From: Plasmodiophora brassicae
Taxonomy: Eukaryota
NCBI GenBank assembly: GCA_036867785.1
Contig: CP145419.1
Location: forward strand, 806,001 to 870,000
DNA length: 64,000 nucleotides
Reading direction: 5' to 3'
Positions 1 through 11,500 of the stretch are shown piece after piece (position 1 is the stretch's first letter; each line of letters starts with the position of its first letter). The position numbers and the translations under genes were made by a program. The notes beneath the pieces were generated by a model. The model had not been told where the DNA came from and made no database searches. It was given only the letters and a program-made list of their open reading frames with translations.

Positions 1-1693
1 TGCTCGTCAAGTTCGCGAACATCGGCAATTAGTCGAACCTGCTCCAAGTTTGTTGCGGTGAACGTGTTGTTGTTCGATTGGATACTCTGACGGAGGACCT
101 GCGAAGTGCCGGGATTCCCATTATCCAGTTTCGTCCAGACACGTCTCGAAGGCCGCACGCGAAGAAATCCGGTCTCGACCATGTCGATAATGCCTTTGGC
201 GTACATCCAAGTTAGAATAGACAGCTTGGTGGTTCCATTCCGATCCGAGACATCGACATAACCTACACCGCCATGGTCACCTGCAGCACAAATGTCGCGT
301 ACATGATCCTTCACAACGGTTTCTTCCAAATAGCATCTCTGGATGTTCGACAGCTGCTGCGCATCGATCTCCTTGCAGCAAATAGTGACGCACTGGCCAT
401 TGCTGTCGGGACGCCGAGCCGCACGCCCTGCCTGCTGAACGAAATCCATTGGACTGCTTGGTAGGCCGTATTGGACGATCAGTCCTACGTCCATGCGGTT
501 GATACCCAAGGAGAAAGCAACCGTGGCTACCATAATGGCGGACTGGTGCTGCTCCCAGCCTAGCTGCTGACGTTCGCGTACAGGTTCAGGCATACCTGGA
601 AGAAGATATTAGACATCGTAGCTCTCTGTTGGTAACTATTGTTTTCGTACCACCACGATACTTGAAGACCGGCCGAGACGGAGGAACATGTTTGACCAAC
701 AGATCATGCACCTTATCAGCGTGTTCTCGCCGCAACACGTAGACAATGGCCGCATTGCCATCATCGCAACGAGAGATGATATTAATAAGCATCGCGTCTG
801 CGTTCGCCATGGCCTCGCAGTGCACAAACCGATGCCCGACATTGGTGCGTGCAGACGGGGCCCAAACGACATTGTTTGCATCGATGTCGAAATGCATCAG
901 CATGCGGGGTAAACGACGCTTTGACAGAGTAGCCGTCAATACCAGAATAGGGCAGAGCAATCGCACAGCGATCAGAGCAGCGCGATGATAGTCTGCGCGG
1001 AACCGTTCTCCCCATTGTATAGCGGTGTCCCCTTCGTCGAAAGTAACGAACGAAACATGTGTGAGAGTCGATGGACACACTTGGAATAGTCGTACAAACA
1101 TTTCGGGACTGATGAACAGGAGTTTCAGTCCCTTCCCGAAACGGGAATATATTGCCTGTCGTTCAGTCGGCGTTCTGGTACCTGTTCAACATGCGATTTA
1201 GAGTCGAAACGACATAGTGCATTGACAATGCACAACCGTTGACAATGTCTACTGTGCCCTTGAAGTATTTACAGGCCTGTTGATACTGATCAAGTATCAA
1301 GCTGTTCAACGGTGAAACGACGATGCCAGTGCCTGGAAGCTCCTTGGCAGCCGCCTGGTACACAAGCGACTTCCCGGAACCTGTTGGGCTAACGAACAAG
1401 GTTGAACGGCCGTCCACGATTGACGTTATTGCTTCACGTTGACCAGGTCGGAGAGAACGAATCCCCATTGCACCCATGAGCTCCTCGGTCCCTGAAGTCT
1501 TCCGCCGAGCCATCTCCCGCCGAGCCATCTTATGGCATGATGCGTTCTCGTTCGGGACCATGAGACGTTTCATGGTACGTGCAAGCAGAAGACAGACTAC
1601 AACGCCCTCGCGTTCGACGACGACCGGCGCTTGGTTGCAATTTGGCGCGATGGCCGGAGAATCTTTGAACTGCGCAAATAGAATCCTCTCCAT
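1..1693 (-). CDS. RecQ-family SF2 DNA helicase, spliced, runs off the left edge of the window
   Basis: Motifs LRPGQREAI, SPTGSGKSLVYQ (I), IVVSPLNSLILDQ (Ia), LLFISPE, FDEGDTAIQWGERFRADY (II plus aromatic loop), LTAT (III), VATVAFSLGINRMDV (V), QQAGRAAR (VI). Two GT-AG introns (~1183-1238, ~596-650) join the frames, and the frame stays open to base 1. Start codon uncertain. Confidence 0.9.
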
Positions 1694-1728
1694 TGTATGT
1701 AGCTACCTATGTAGCTACATCGTGAAAT

Positions 1729-2698
1729 CTATGCTCCTCCACTGGAATGTGGGAGGGCGCTGCCTCCTGGAAGGCGGGACCAAATGCCGTTTCTATGCAG
1801 GAATTTGTGTTAGAAATCGCTCACAGCTTCTAGAGCGGAATGTGGGAGCGCGCCGCCTTCCTGGAAGGAGAGGCCAGATGCCGTTTCTATGCAGGAATTT
1901 GTGTTAGAAATCGCTAGCAGCTTCTAGAGCGGCGCCTGGCGGCGGGCCCTTCATGGCTGCGGGCTCCCGCCGGGTCGCCCTCCGCCTGCGTTCCCACTAT
2001 GCTCCTCCACTGGAATGTGGGAGGACGCCGCCTTCCTGGAAGGAGAGGCCAGATGCCGTTTCTATGCAGGAATTTGTGTTAGAAATCGCTAGCAGCTTCT
2101 AGAGCGGCGCCTGGCGGCGGGCCCTTCATGGCTGCGGGCTCCCGCCGGGTCGCCCTCCGCCTGCGTTCCCACTATGCTCCTCCACTGGAATGTGGGAGGA
2201 CGCCGCCTTCCTGGAAGGAGAGGCCAGATGCCGTTTCTATGCAGGAATTTGTGTTAGAAATCGCTAGCAGCTTCTAGAGCGGCGCCTGGCGGCGGGCCCT
2301 TCATGGCTGCGGGCTCCCGCCGGGTCGCCCTCCGCCTGCGTTCCCACTATGCTCCTCCACTGGAATGTGGGAGGACGCCGCCTTCCTGGAAGGAGAGGCC
2401 AGATGCCGTTTCTATGCAGGAATTTGTGTTAGAAATCGCTAGCAGCTTCTAGAGCGGCGCCTGGCGGCGGGCCCTTCATGGCTGCGGGCTCCCGCCGGGT
2501 CGCCCTCCGCCTGCGTTCCCACTATGCTCCTCCACTGGAATGTGGGAGGACGCCGCCTTCCTGGAAGGAGAGGCCAGATGCCGTTTCTATGCAGGAATTT
2601 GTGTTAGAAATCGCTAGCAGCTTCTAGAGCGGCGCCTGGCGGCGGGCCCTTCATGGCTGCGGGCTCCCGCCGGGTCGCCCTCCGCCTGCGTTGCCACT
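1729..2698. repeat. 175-bp tandem repeat array: four full near-identical units plus two diverged partial units
   Basis: CTATGCTCCTCCACTGGAATGTGGGA recurs at 1997, 2172, 2347 and 2522 (period exactly 175), with partial/diverged units at ~1729-1837 and ~1838-1996. Confidence 0.97.
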
Positions 2699-2731
2699 TG
2701 GTCCGTTTGCCCGCGGATGGCCCTGCCATTG

Positions 2732-2940
2732 TCCATAGTTAGCTGCGCCGTTATCCATAGTTTCCATAGTTCCGGGCAATATCGCATATCTGCATATCAC
2801 CGTACGAAACCCGAGCGTATTGCTTGCAAACTATGGAGAGTGGCAGCACCTGGCAGCCGAAATTAGACGAAAAAGTGCGTCGCTCGTCCAGTCCGCCATA
2901 CATCGTCGAGGGTCCGCTTCCCGTTATCCATAGTTAGCTC
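2732..2940. repeat. Cluster of five TCCATAGTT motifs
   Basis: Forward copies at 2732, 2754, 2763 and 2927; reverse copy AACTATGGA at 2829; longer match CCGTTATCCATAGTT at 2748 and 2921. Confidence 0.8.
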
Positions 2941-3013
2941 CACAGACGATTATACTACACGGCTGATATACCATCACCGTTGGGACGTCACAGGTGCCAT
3001 CAAAGCGGACGCC

Positions 3014-3835
3014 ATGCCGAACAACGTGCGGACGGCATATAAGGAGTTTGAAGTGTTTGCGCCGGATGTGTTCCGAGCGCACTTCAACAAAACGAAAGCG
3101 AAGTTGGGATGCCACCTCAGGAAGGACAAGGGCGGTCGCAAGTTAGGGAAACGTACGTCCGTCGCTGTACTGATCATTGCCACGTTTGCTCCATCTTTGA
3201 CATACGTTATGTTTGTATGTGAAGGCCCTAAGATCGACGATTCGGATCCTTGTAGTTCCACCGGTGATGAAGATTTTGAGGATACACCCATGGAGCACGG
3301 CAGTCGCAAATCTCTTCGCCTCTCGGAGCTGCCTGAGAGCTCATCCGAATTCACACAAGCTGTCGAATTCAAAAACCCGCCAGTCTTTGCAACGGTTTAC
3401 ACGGACCCAGACACCAACAATGATCGGGTACTCGTTGTTGCAGTGATGCACTCCGGCGCGTCCGACTTCAATTTCAAACTTTCGGACGATGCAAGTACTG
3501 CCATCATCGCCTACACCTGGCCTGAACCCGCATATAATGTCCAACTGCTGTTCAAGAAAGAACTTGCCAGTAAGACACTCGAAGCATATCATCCCAAGCT
3601 AGTCGCCATCAAGCGTGAGCTTGAACAGTTCCGTGACACTATTCAGGATCCTGCCACAGGGGCAGTGCACGTCAAGCTGCCGATCCCTGTTCAGACCGAG
3701 GTGGCGACTTGGTCGAAGCAGGCGACAGCCCGTTCAGATGGGACCACGTTAATTCTGTGGGAACTGAAATCGTTTGAGAGGGCCTACACGGTCACTCGGG
3801 AGGCCACAACCGTGGTAGTTGAGAAAGAGACGTGA
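3014..3835 (+). CDS. Orphan/hypothetical protein, probably TE-associated, with a likely intron at ~3152-3224
   Basis: 273-aa open frame with globular-looking composition (PPVFATVYTDPDT...YTWP...YHPKLVAIKRELE...VKLPIPVQ); AT-rich 3' flank; lies between the RecQ/array and the hAT relic. Confidence 0.65.
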   Translation: MPNNVRTAYKEFEVFAPDVFRAHFNKTKAKLGCHLRKDKGGRKLGKRTSVAVLIIATFAPSLTYVMFVCEGPKIDDSDPCSSTGDEDFEDTPMEHGSRKSLRLSELPESSSEFTQAVEFKNPPVFATVYTDPDTNNDRVLVVAVMHSGASDFNFKLSDDASTAIIAYTWPEPAYNVQLLFKKELASKTLEAYHPKLVAIKRELEQFRDTIQDPATGAVHVKLPIPVQTEVATWSKQATARSDGTTLILWELKSFERAYTVTREATTVVVEKET

Positions 3836-4036
3836 CTCCATTAATATAGAACCCGATTTCCTGATATCTCCAGCAAACTTACGTATTACTACAGGTTAAT
3901 GGATATTCGCTGGTGTTCCGTTTGTACCACTGGTTAGGAACCGCCTTGATCATCCTCCTGAATCGTGACCAATGGCGGATTCCCGCAACTCCCCGTCTGA
4001 GGCTGCTGGCGATTGCCACAACTCGGAATATGTGGA

Positions 4037-4277
4037 TACCTCTGTGGCTGAATATGTTACTCAGTTACCTTGCATGGCGCATGACTTGCAACTGGCGGCG
4101 AAGGGCCTGCAGCGCCTCCTTAAGTTTTGATGAGTCGCAAATCTTCTTCACTAGTAATTCTCGAAACGTGCAATCGCGACGTCCATGGTCTTACCGGATT
4201 TGATGCCATCCTTAACCGCCAGCCGCAAGACATGCGCCATGCAAGGTAACTGAGTAACGCATTCAGCCACAGGGGTA
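4037..4277. repeat. Inverted duplication of the hAT CxxH-coding segment
   Basis: 4037-4104 is the reverse complement of 4210-4277 with a few mismatches; both arms encode VAExVTQLPCMAHxLxLAxK. Confidence 0.9.
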
Positions 4278-4920
4278 GTGTGCCAGCCGCTGTCCCGTGT
4301 GCGGGTACAGCACGCGAACGAAACCCAGAATGCAATGCTTCGTCCCCCAATTCTCGTCGATGTAGTGCACCGTGCCGACGACCATGTAACCACGCTTAGC
4401 GGAAGAAGTCCACATATCGGACGTGAATCCAGGGCGCCTGTCCTTTCGGTCTGTGTTTAACAGCGCCCTGACCCTGTTCTTCTCCTCTCACCACCGATTC
4501 AGTACACGTGCGCGAACCGTATCCCGTGATGGAAGCCGGCACTCGGGTCTCAGCGAGTCACAGAACTCCACGAACTCATCCAGCTCGACAACGGTGAACG
4601 ACTGGAAATGAGTGACAATCCAGTCGATCAGTTTTCGGCCCGAGTACTCTCTGTCGACGTTGGTGAAATCAGCAGAAGGCATAACCTTCCGTTTCCCACC
4701 AACCGTCGAACCGCCTCCTTCACTCTTGAAGTAGTGTCTAGTCTTGCCCTGATTGACGGTCGGTTGCGACGGCGCGGTGTACACGTCACTGTGTTCGCTG
4801 ACGAGGTGGCGACGGTAGTATGACGTGTGTTTGACCTTGCAACGCCGCGATTTGTTCTTCGATGCACATGGAAGACAGAACCACGGGGCCACATGTCCTG
4901 CATCGTTCCCAATGACGCCA
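4151..4920 (-). pseudogene. hAT-superfamily transposase relic with BED-type zinc finger
   Basis: CLPC...RRHLVSEH (BED-like), FTVVELDEF...LRPECRLPSRDT, in-frame TGA at 4488-4490, then TSDMWTS, TVHYID, PHTGQRLA, and a deletion/frameshift to LPCMAHVLRLAVKDG (CxxH motif). Confidence 0.88.
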
Positions 4921-5137
4921 TGAACGTTGCTACTGCTCGCCGCGGCAGTCTGCCACACACAAGTCCCGAGAGTCGAGACTGCACCCACAAGTCCGCAGAC
5001 CGTCTGCAGGTCCGTGGGTGGCAGGGCGCGCTATTTATAAGTACCCACCGACCTGGTAGGCAGAAGAGTACTCGGACGCGCGACGGTACAGCTGTGCTTA
5101 GAGCGGCGCATTGTAGTCGTCGCCGGAGGCACCCGCC

Positions 5138-5476
5138 ATGAAGGTCAACACGCACGTTCGCGACAGGCAGATCGGCATCGAGTGCGGCGATGGCGTGCAG
5201 GCAGTGAAATGGCTCGGTGCGTCCATCCAATAGGGGTCCACTGGCCCGATAGCTGAACGAAGGGGCGCGCCGTCTGCAGCCGACGCCAGCCTATGTCGGT
5301 ATGACGGCGCGTTTGGCGTTAGCTTAGGCGTGCCGGTAGCCATGCGAACCGACACGAGTCAGGTTCTGGACATGACGGCGCCGATTGCGTCCTGCCTCGA
5401 ACACGGAGCCCATGTCTGGATCGTGCTGCCCGGCGACGACCGCAATTCGATCGTGCCAACGACGACGACGGAGTGA
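5138..5476 (+). CDS. Small 91-aa protein resembling the Par3/HAL N-terminal ubiquitin-like domain; 2 exons; absent from the ORF track
   Basis: Exon 5138-5216, GT-AG intron 5217-5279, exon 5280-5476 gives MKVNTHVRDRQIGIECGDGVQAVKWLADASLCRYDG...LEHGAHVWIVL, similar to the histidine ammonia-lyase N-terminus pattern (VHVRG...VPC...VGWLG..A..RY). Confidence 0.75.
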
Positions 5477-5550
5477 GGGAGCGCCCAGGCCACATCGGCA
5501 CGGGCGCGCTGTTGTTTATATAATATAAATCAATACTCTACAATTGTATT

Positions 5551-8500
5551 CTACGGGCTGGCCAGCGCCGAACTCGACGCCGGAACGACGACACTCTCCG
5601 ACGAGCGCTGCTCCTCTTCAGACCTGTCCAGATCGTGCCCCGTTCTCCGTTTCTTGCTGCTGCCGGTGCTTCGAACGGACGCGGTGTCACAGTCCTCGCT
5701 GTTGTTGTCCACGTCGGTCAGCTCATCGGCCGCATCGTCCTGTTCAGCGCCCTCCAGGTCGGCGCTGCTGTTCAGCGGATGCGGACGAGACCTCGACGGG
5801 CGACGCTCCTCGCGATACACGTCGGGCGATGATGTCGGCACGCGCCTGGACTCATGATCCGCATGGTACTGTCGTCGTGCTGCTGGCGGTTGCTCGTCGC
5901 TGCGAGCCGATCCGCTCTCGGAAGACGACGAGTCATCGGTCGGCCTGCTGTCCACGCCGTATTCGTGGTCGTCAACGTTCCCGCCTACGAACGGAACCTG
6001 CAGGTGACGTCGCAGCTGCTCAATGATGACCAGGTAGGGTGACGATGACACCGAGCGCGGCCGACCGACGCCACCATGCGACGGCGATCCTCCACTGCCG
6101 AAATGATGGTACGATTGCGACTCGTATGCACCTGTGGCGAAAGGCGATCAGCACGGAGCCCGAGACAGAGGTTCCATCCACCGCATCGTACGTTGCATCC
6201 ATCCGAGCATCCATTCCCATTGGTGCCGGTGGACGGCCATGTACGCCGCCAGAGGTTCGCACGCGTCCATGCTGCGCAGCATGTACGCGATCGAATTGAC
6301 AGTGAAGGCGGCATGACCAGCCGAATAGGCGCGAATCTGGTACGACACGCCAGACTCGAAGTTCATCAGCTCCATGATGCGCTGCGCCTAATCCAAGCGG
6401 TGTTAGGGCGATGCCGAGCAGCGGCTGTGGCCCGTACCTGTAGAGAGTCGGCGATCTGGACAATGCCATGGAATAGGTCGAAGTAGGGCTTGACTTGGTC
6501 GGCATTCGCCTTGATAACGCCATCAATAATGATCTTGTTGACAGGTTGCAAGTACGGCAGGTATTCATATGACCTGCGACACGACTTAGCAACAGTGCAA
6601 CCATCAAACCTGGACCATCACCATACCTGTGCACAAGAATATCCACAACACCGGAGACATCGCCGCCGTTCATCAGGGCTCTCTCGTAAAACAATTCGCA
6701 ATTAACAATGATTAGGTCGAGATCGGTCAGCGCCCACAGAGGGCCGGGCAGGCTTGTTGGAGGTCTGATGCCATTCTCACCGAAGCATCCCCGAACAACT
6801 GTGCCCATGACTCTATACACGGTGTGCAAGTCGGGCTGAACAATGCGATTGCCCATGATCGTCGTGTGTTTCGGGTAACCGGGAAGCTGCGAATCCCGAC
6901 CCAGTGTTAAATGCCCTAAACGGGCAACCGCCGATAGACGGACGAGATACTGTCGAGCGTATGGACCGCTCTCTGCCCAACGAAGGAGAACAGCAAACAG
7001 TTGATGGAAGCGGACCCAGTGACGCGACGCCGTGTCGACCAGGCGCATCAGGGAGAATACAACTTCCTGACATAGCGTCCGAGGAATCTCCCCCGAGGAC
7101 GACGACGGGATGCCTTCCTCGTCGGCTTCATGTTGAATTGGGGAGCTGTACGGGGGCAGCGGAGGAGTGTTCGCCGGGATCGGCGGCGTTTCATGGGCGG
7201 AAACCGTCTCGAGGCAAACCGAGAGCACGCTCCCAAATGCCTCGCGCGTGTTCTTGTCGCGACAGTTGAGAAGGAAATCAGACAGTACAAGGATGCGACT
7301 GCCGAATTCACGAAGAAACCACTTCGCGATATCGACATCGACAGAAGCCTCCACCCGGAGCTGAGCGAGAATCGTGCACGCGTCGGCGGCCCCAGACACA
7401 CTGCGAGCCAGGACATCCAATGCGAAACGCGTCGCCAGTTTCAGCACCATAGGTTGGCTTGAAATCGGCTCAGTGGCATTCAAGGATAAGACTTCCCTGA
7501 TGAATGAGACGGACGTCGAATCGAACAGTTGACGATCGCGGAAGAACCGGTTGTTGCTGACAGTGATCTCTTCCAGGATCTTCTCTGGAACATTACACTG
7601 AAAGAAGTTCACATATGCTGCTCAGCAAGAACCGACGAGGGCACGTACCTGCATTCCCACAGGAGCTGGAGCTTCGTCAGTGGAAGGTCTGACCCTTTCA
7701 TACACCAGCATATACGCGTTCTTCATGTTATCCTCGCCACCGAACGCTTCGTCCCCGAGCTTGTCGATGGAAAATCGTCGGACGATCTGGTCATTGAACT
7801 CCAGCCAGGCCGGCATAGGCGCAGATCGATCGCGGATGTAGCTGTAATAGTGGCCAGCGTCGGCAGTCCCGATGTGGATAATGACCCCAGCAAGTTCATA
7901 GTCTAACTGCTCAGGGACTGCACCTTCAGAGCTCGCAGATTGCAATTGTGGTGTCAGGGCACGTTTTGTGTAAGGCTCCATGTTGACGCGAAGCGGGAAC
8001 TCAAACCGGTTGTTGAGCTTCTCGTTCATAAAGGTCTCAAAGTTCAGCTCGAACCTAAACGCGCAAAGTCAGCTTATACCGGCAACATTCAGACGTACGC
8101 CATGCCTCTTCAAGTGGAATATTAATGTGTTCGGAAGATCATCCAGGACCACTCTTTTGAATGTGGTATTCGATCGGGTGCCACAAGAGTCACAGTTTAC
8201 GCCGCTGAGCTTTTCGCCAGCGATATATGCATCGAGTGACTCGGCGAGATTACGAAACCCCTTCACTTGAAGCGAGACGTTCGAGAACTCCTCACGTTGC
8301 TCTCGGACGGAATTGCAACCGCCCTGGCACAACATTTGATTGCAAAGATGTCCGCCAAATGTGTCCTTCAACAGGGACTCGTGGGCAGAACCTTTGAGGG
8401 CCGATTCTATTCGGTCGACAAGCACGTTGAAAAACTCCTGAGCGTCCTGTTGTACACGAACGTCAATCGGCCTTCCAGATTCATCAAGGTAGGATGAGCA

Positions 8501-11500
8501 GAAAGAAGCTGTGCAGTACGCTGAGCTAGCAGACAAGGCCATGTTTGCCATCAGCTTCTGCAACTCGAACAGCAAAGCGCGGTGGTGCCGAAGCGTGTCG
8601 CTGAGGGAGCCGTCATCGTCAATGACTTTCGCTTCGATCAACCCTTTTCGAAGCTTGGGAATCATAAACAGCTGAGAACACAGGGCGTTCATGTAGCACG
8701 TCGTTCCCTGATTGATAAGACCAGCATAACCGGTCGTAGATCGCATCAAGGCCTCAGGCTCGTAGTCGAATCCACGCCGAATGCAGGCATCGTCAGATTC
8801 CTCTGGCGATGCCGGTGAGCAAATTCGTAGTAACGAGGCGATGGCCGTTGAATAAGCTTCCGGAGAGGACGAGCAGATCAAAGTCACACACGCAAACGCA
8901 GTACGTCGCGTGGCAGCCGATCGACACTTGGGCATGAGCCCGAAAAGGCAGTCATCAAGCAGTATTTGCACCGCGCCGGCCCGAGTCGCAATGTCGCAAA
9001 GAGACGGATGCGCTGAACAGAAGACTAGCAGAGTGTCGAGGATCCCCAGAAGCAGTTCGTCAGAAGACGACGCCGAAAGTGTTTCCAGAGGCGCTTCCGT
9101 CGACGTATGTCCAGCAAGCGCGACCACGAAACGTTGGACTAGCGATGCATACGCTTCTGGGGATATCGACTGTGCTGCCTTGAACCGTTCCGAAAGCAGC
9201 TGCTTTAGCAGTGAGAAGAATTGCCCACACGGCGCAGATTCCACTTGGTGAAGAAGCGAGATCAGATAGTCGAGGACGAACACATGGACGGATTGATCAC
9301 GCTGACAGAGGATATATAGAGCATCCCGAGTCTGGTCTCGAATAGATTTCACACGACAGGTCAGTGCTTTGTGGACGATTGAGGTGACCTCGGGATTGCG
9401 GATGCGGGTAAGAACGAGTTCGGGGACTGTCGTTGCGCACCACAGCCACAAAGAAAGAGCAAAGTGGACGACACAAGTCGGCGCCCAAGCAGCGTTACCC
9501 CGGTAGCATGAACGCTCCGTCGCAGACATCCGTTCCACAATGTTAAGAGCACGATCGTGCAACCGGTCCAGCTGAAGCCAATCCATGAGACCCGGCCCCA
9601 GAGGCGGCGCGTCCTGAATGGGGCTGCCGGTCAGCCCATTGTTCGACCCAGGCCGAAGCATCTTGAGTAAAGCCAAGGCAGTTTTCAATAAAAGAGCGAG
9701 GCAGAAGAGAGCAGGATCATCATCCGAGTTCAATTTTCTACAAATTCAGTGAATAACACCATACAGGCATAGTAATAAGCGAAGACCTACTCTGCGCTAA
9801 GAAGTACATTGTAGAGGTGCCGAAGACCGCCGCTCGCAAAGAACGATGACGACCAGTCATTGATAGCGCGTGCATTTTCATCTTCAACATCAGCATTATT
9901 TGCAACGGCAGCAGGGAAAGTCTGCAAGACAGAGCCAGTGATGTCGCCAGATGAAGACTTCGACGACGACGATATGGAATCAGCATCGCCAGCATCAGTT
10001 TCGTAATCTGTCGAGTCATCGTACAGGCCGGAAACGACGTCCTCGTCCATGGCCGTATGCTCTTGAGAAACGAAATTCTGAACAATTTGAAGTGAATACA
10101 TCAGACGGAATGGGGATGAAGCGTCAAAGAGCCGCGACCAATCTGGCTCAGAGCCACCCAAAGGCATATCAACAATTTTGTGTTTCAGCGACGGGTTCGA
10201 AGGAATGCCCATTAAAAGTCGCCAAACCTGCCCTGATAGACGGTCATCGCCCAGCTCAAGGGCTCGAAATAAAATGCCAAAATATTCATCAGATGACGAC
10301 AAGATATCGCGAGGAGAACCTTCACCTTCGGGCCCACAACCCTCGACAAAACCTTTCGCAGCCAGCGATTTGATTTCGTTCCATACAAAGTTGGCAGTGA
10401 AACGCTCGGCGCCTTTCGTGTACAGGTTGATAAACGCATTCAAATTGAAGATGCGGGACCCCGAACCATCAGGTTCACCAAATTCCTCAAGAAACTGACT
10501 TGCGGAACGACAAATCCCGTTCGACAACCCCCTAGCAACAGCGGAAAGCGAAACGAAGGTCGCAAGCTGGTCGATCGAGAATGATGGGGCACCGGCAGAA
10601 AATGAATTGAACAACTTCGAAACGGCAGTGACCGCGACATCAGTAAGGCGGCCGGTTGTCCCAAGTAACGCTGATTGTGGCTGCTGCTGTAGGGCAGAGG
10701 ATGGCGCAGAACCGACAATTCCCTCCGCTCCGCCCAGCTCTCGATGCCTTACCGACACCATCAGATGAATAGGGTGGGCTGGTGAGTAACGGGTATACCC
10801 GCACGCCCCGCCAACTTGTCGTTTCCGCTTGTTTCGACGATGAGACCCGCCGTTGACACCAATGCGCTTCGCGGGGCTACAAATGTCAGCAACAACGCGG
10901 TCATCGAGGCTGGGGGATAACTCCGCACCATTGACGAACAGCCGAACAAGCACTGGATCGACGCCCAGACGATCAGCGATGCAGACCCGCAAATACCGAA
11001 CCGTCGAGCGGGCCGATTGACTAATAAGCCAAGGGGTCTGGCCGGAAAACGTCATACGGAATGAAACGGACGACAATTCGTCGGGCAGATGTCCATCTTT
11101 GCCATCGGATAGGCGGGAATGCCCGTGACTCGGATTGTCAGTTTGAGACCAGGGGATTTCAGCTAGACACTGGGACGCAAGTCGTAGTAAACGACGCAAA
11201 CGAGGAACGTCTCGCGAATCGATGAACGTGACCATCCTCGTCATAATTCCACGAATATGGACAGAACGATGACAGGAAAACAGTTGGTTCAACAGTGCAA
11301 TCGCCGATGAAGAAACCCGATTGTCTACGGCGCTAAGCAATATCGTCCAAATGAAACCAACGCCATCGAGATCACATGACGGAGACAAAACGAGATGGGG
11401 GGCTGAGGAAATTCTTCCTGCCACATAATTGACATGGAGGAAGTACTTCTCAATGCACGCGTAAGCTGACGGTGTTACATAGGCCGCGTCCATAGCGCAG

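Noticed and set aside
1476-1907. 143-aa plus-strand ORF with repeated peptide
   Set aside because: Antisense to RecQ and reading into the tandem repeat; the repetition is explained by the array.
1729-2698. CRISPR-like array
   Set aside because: Units are identical end to end with no unique spacers; eukaryotic context and no cas genes.
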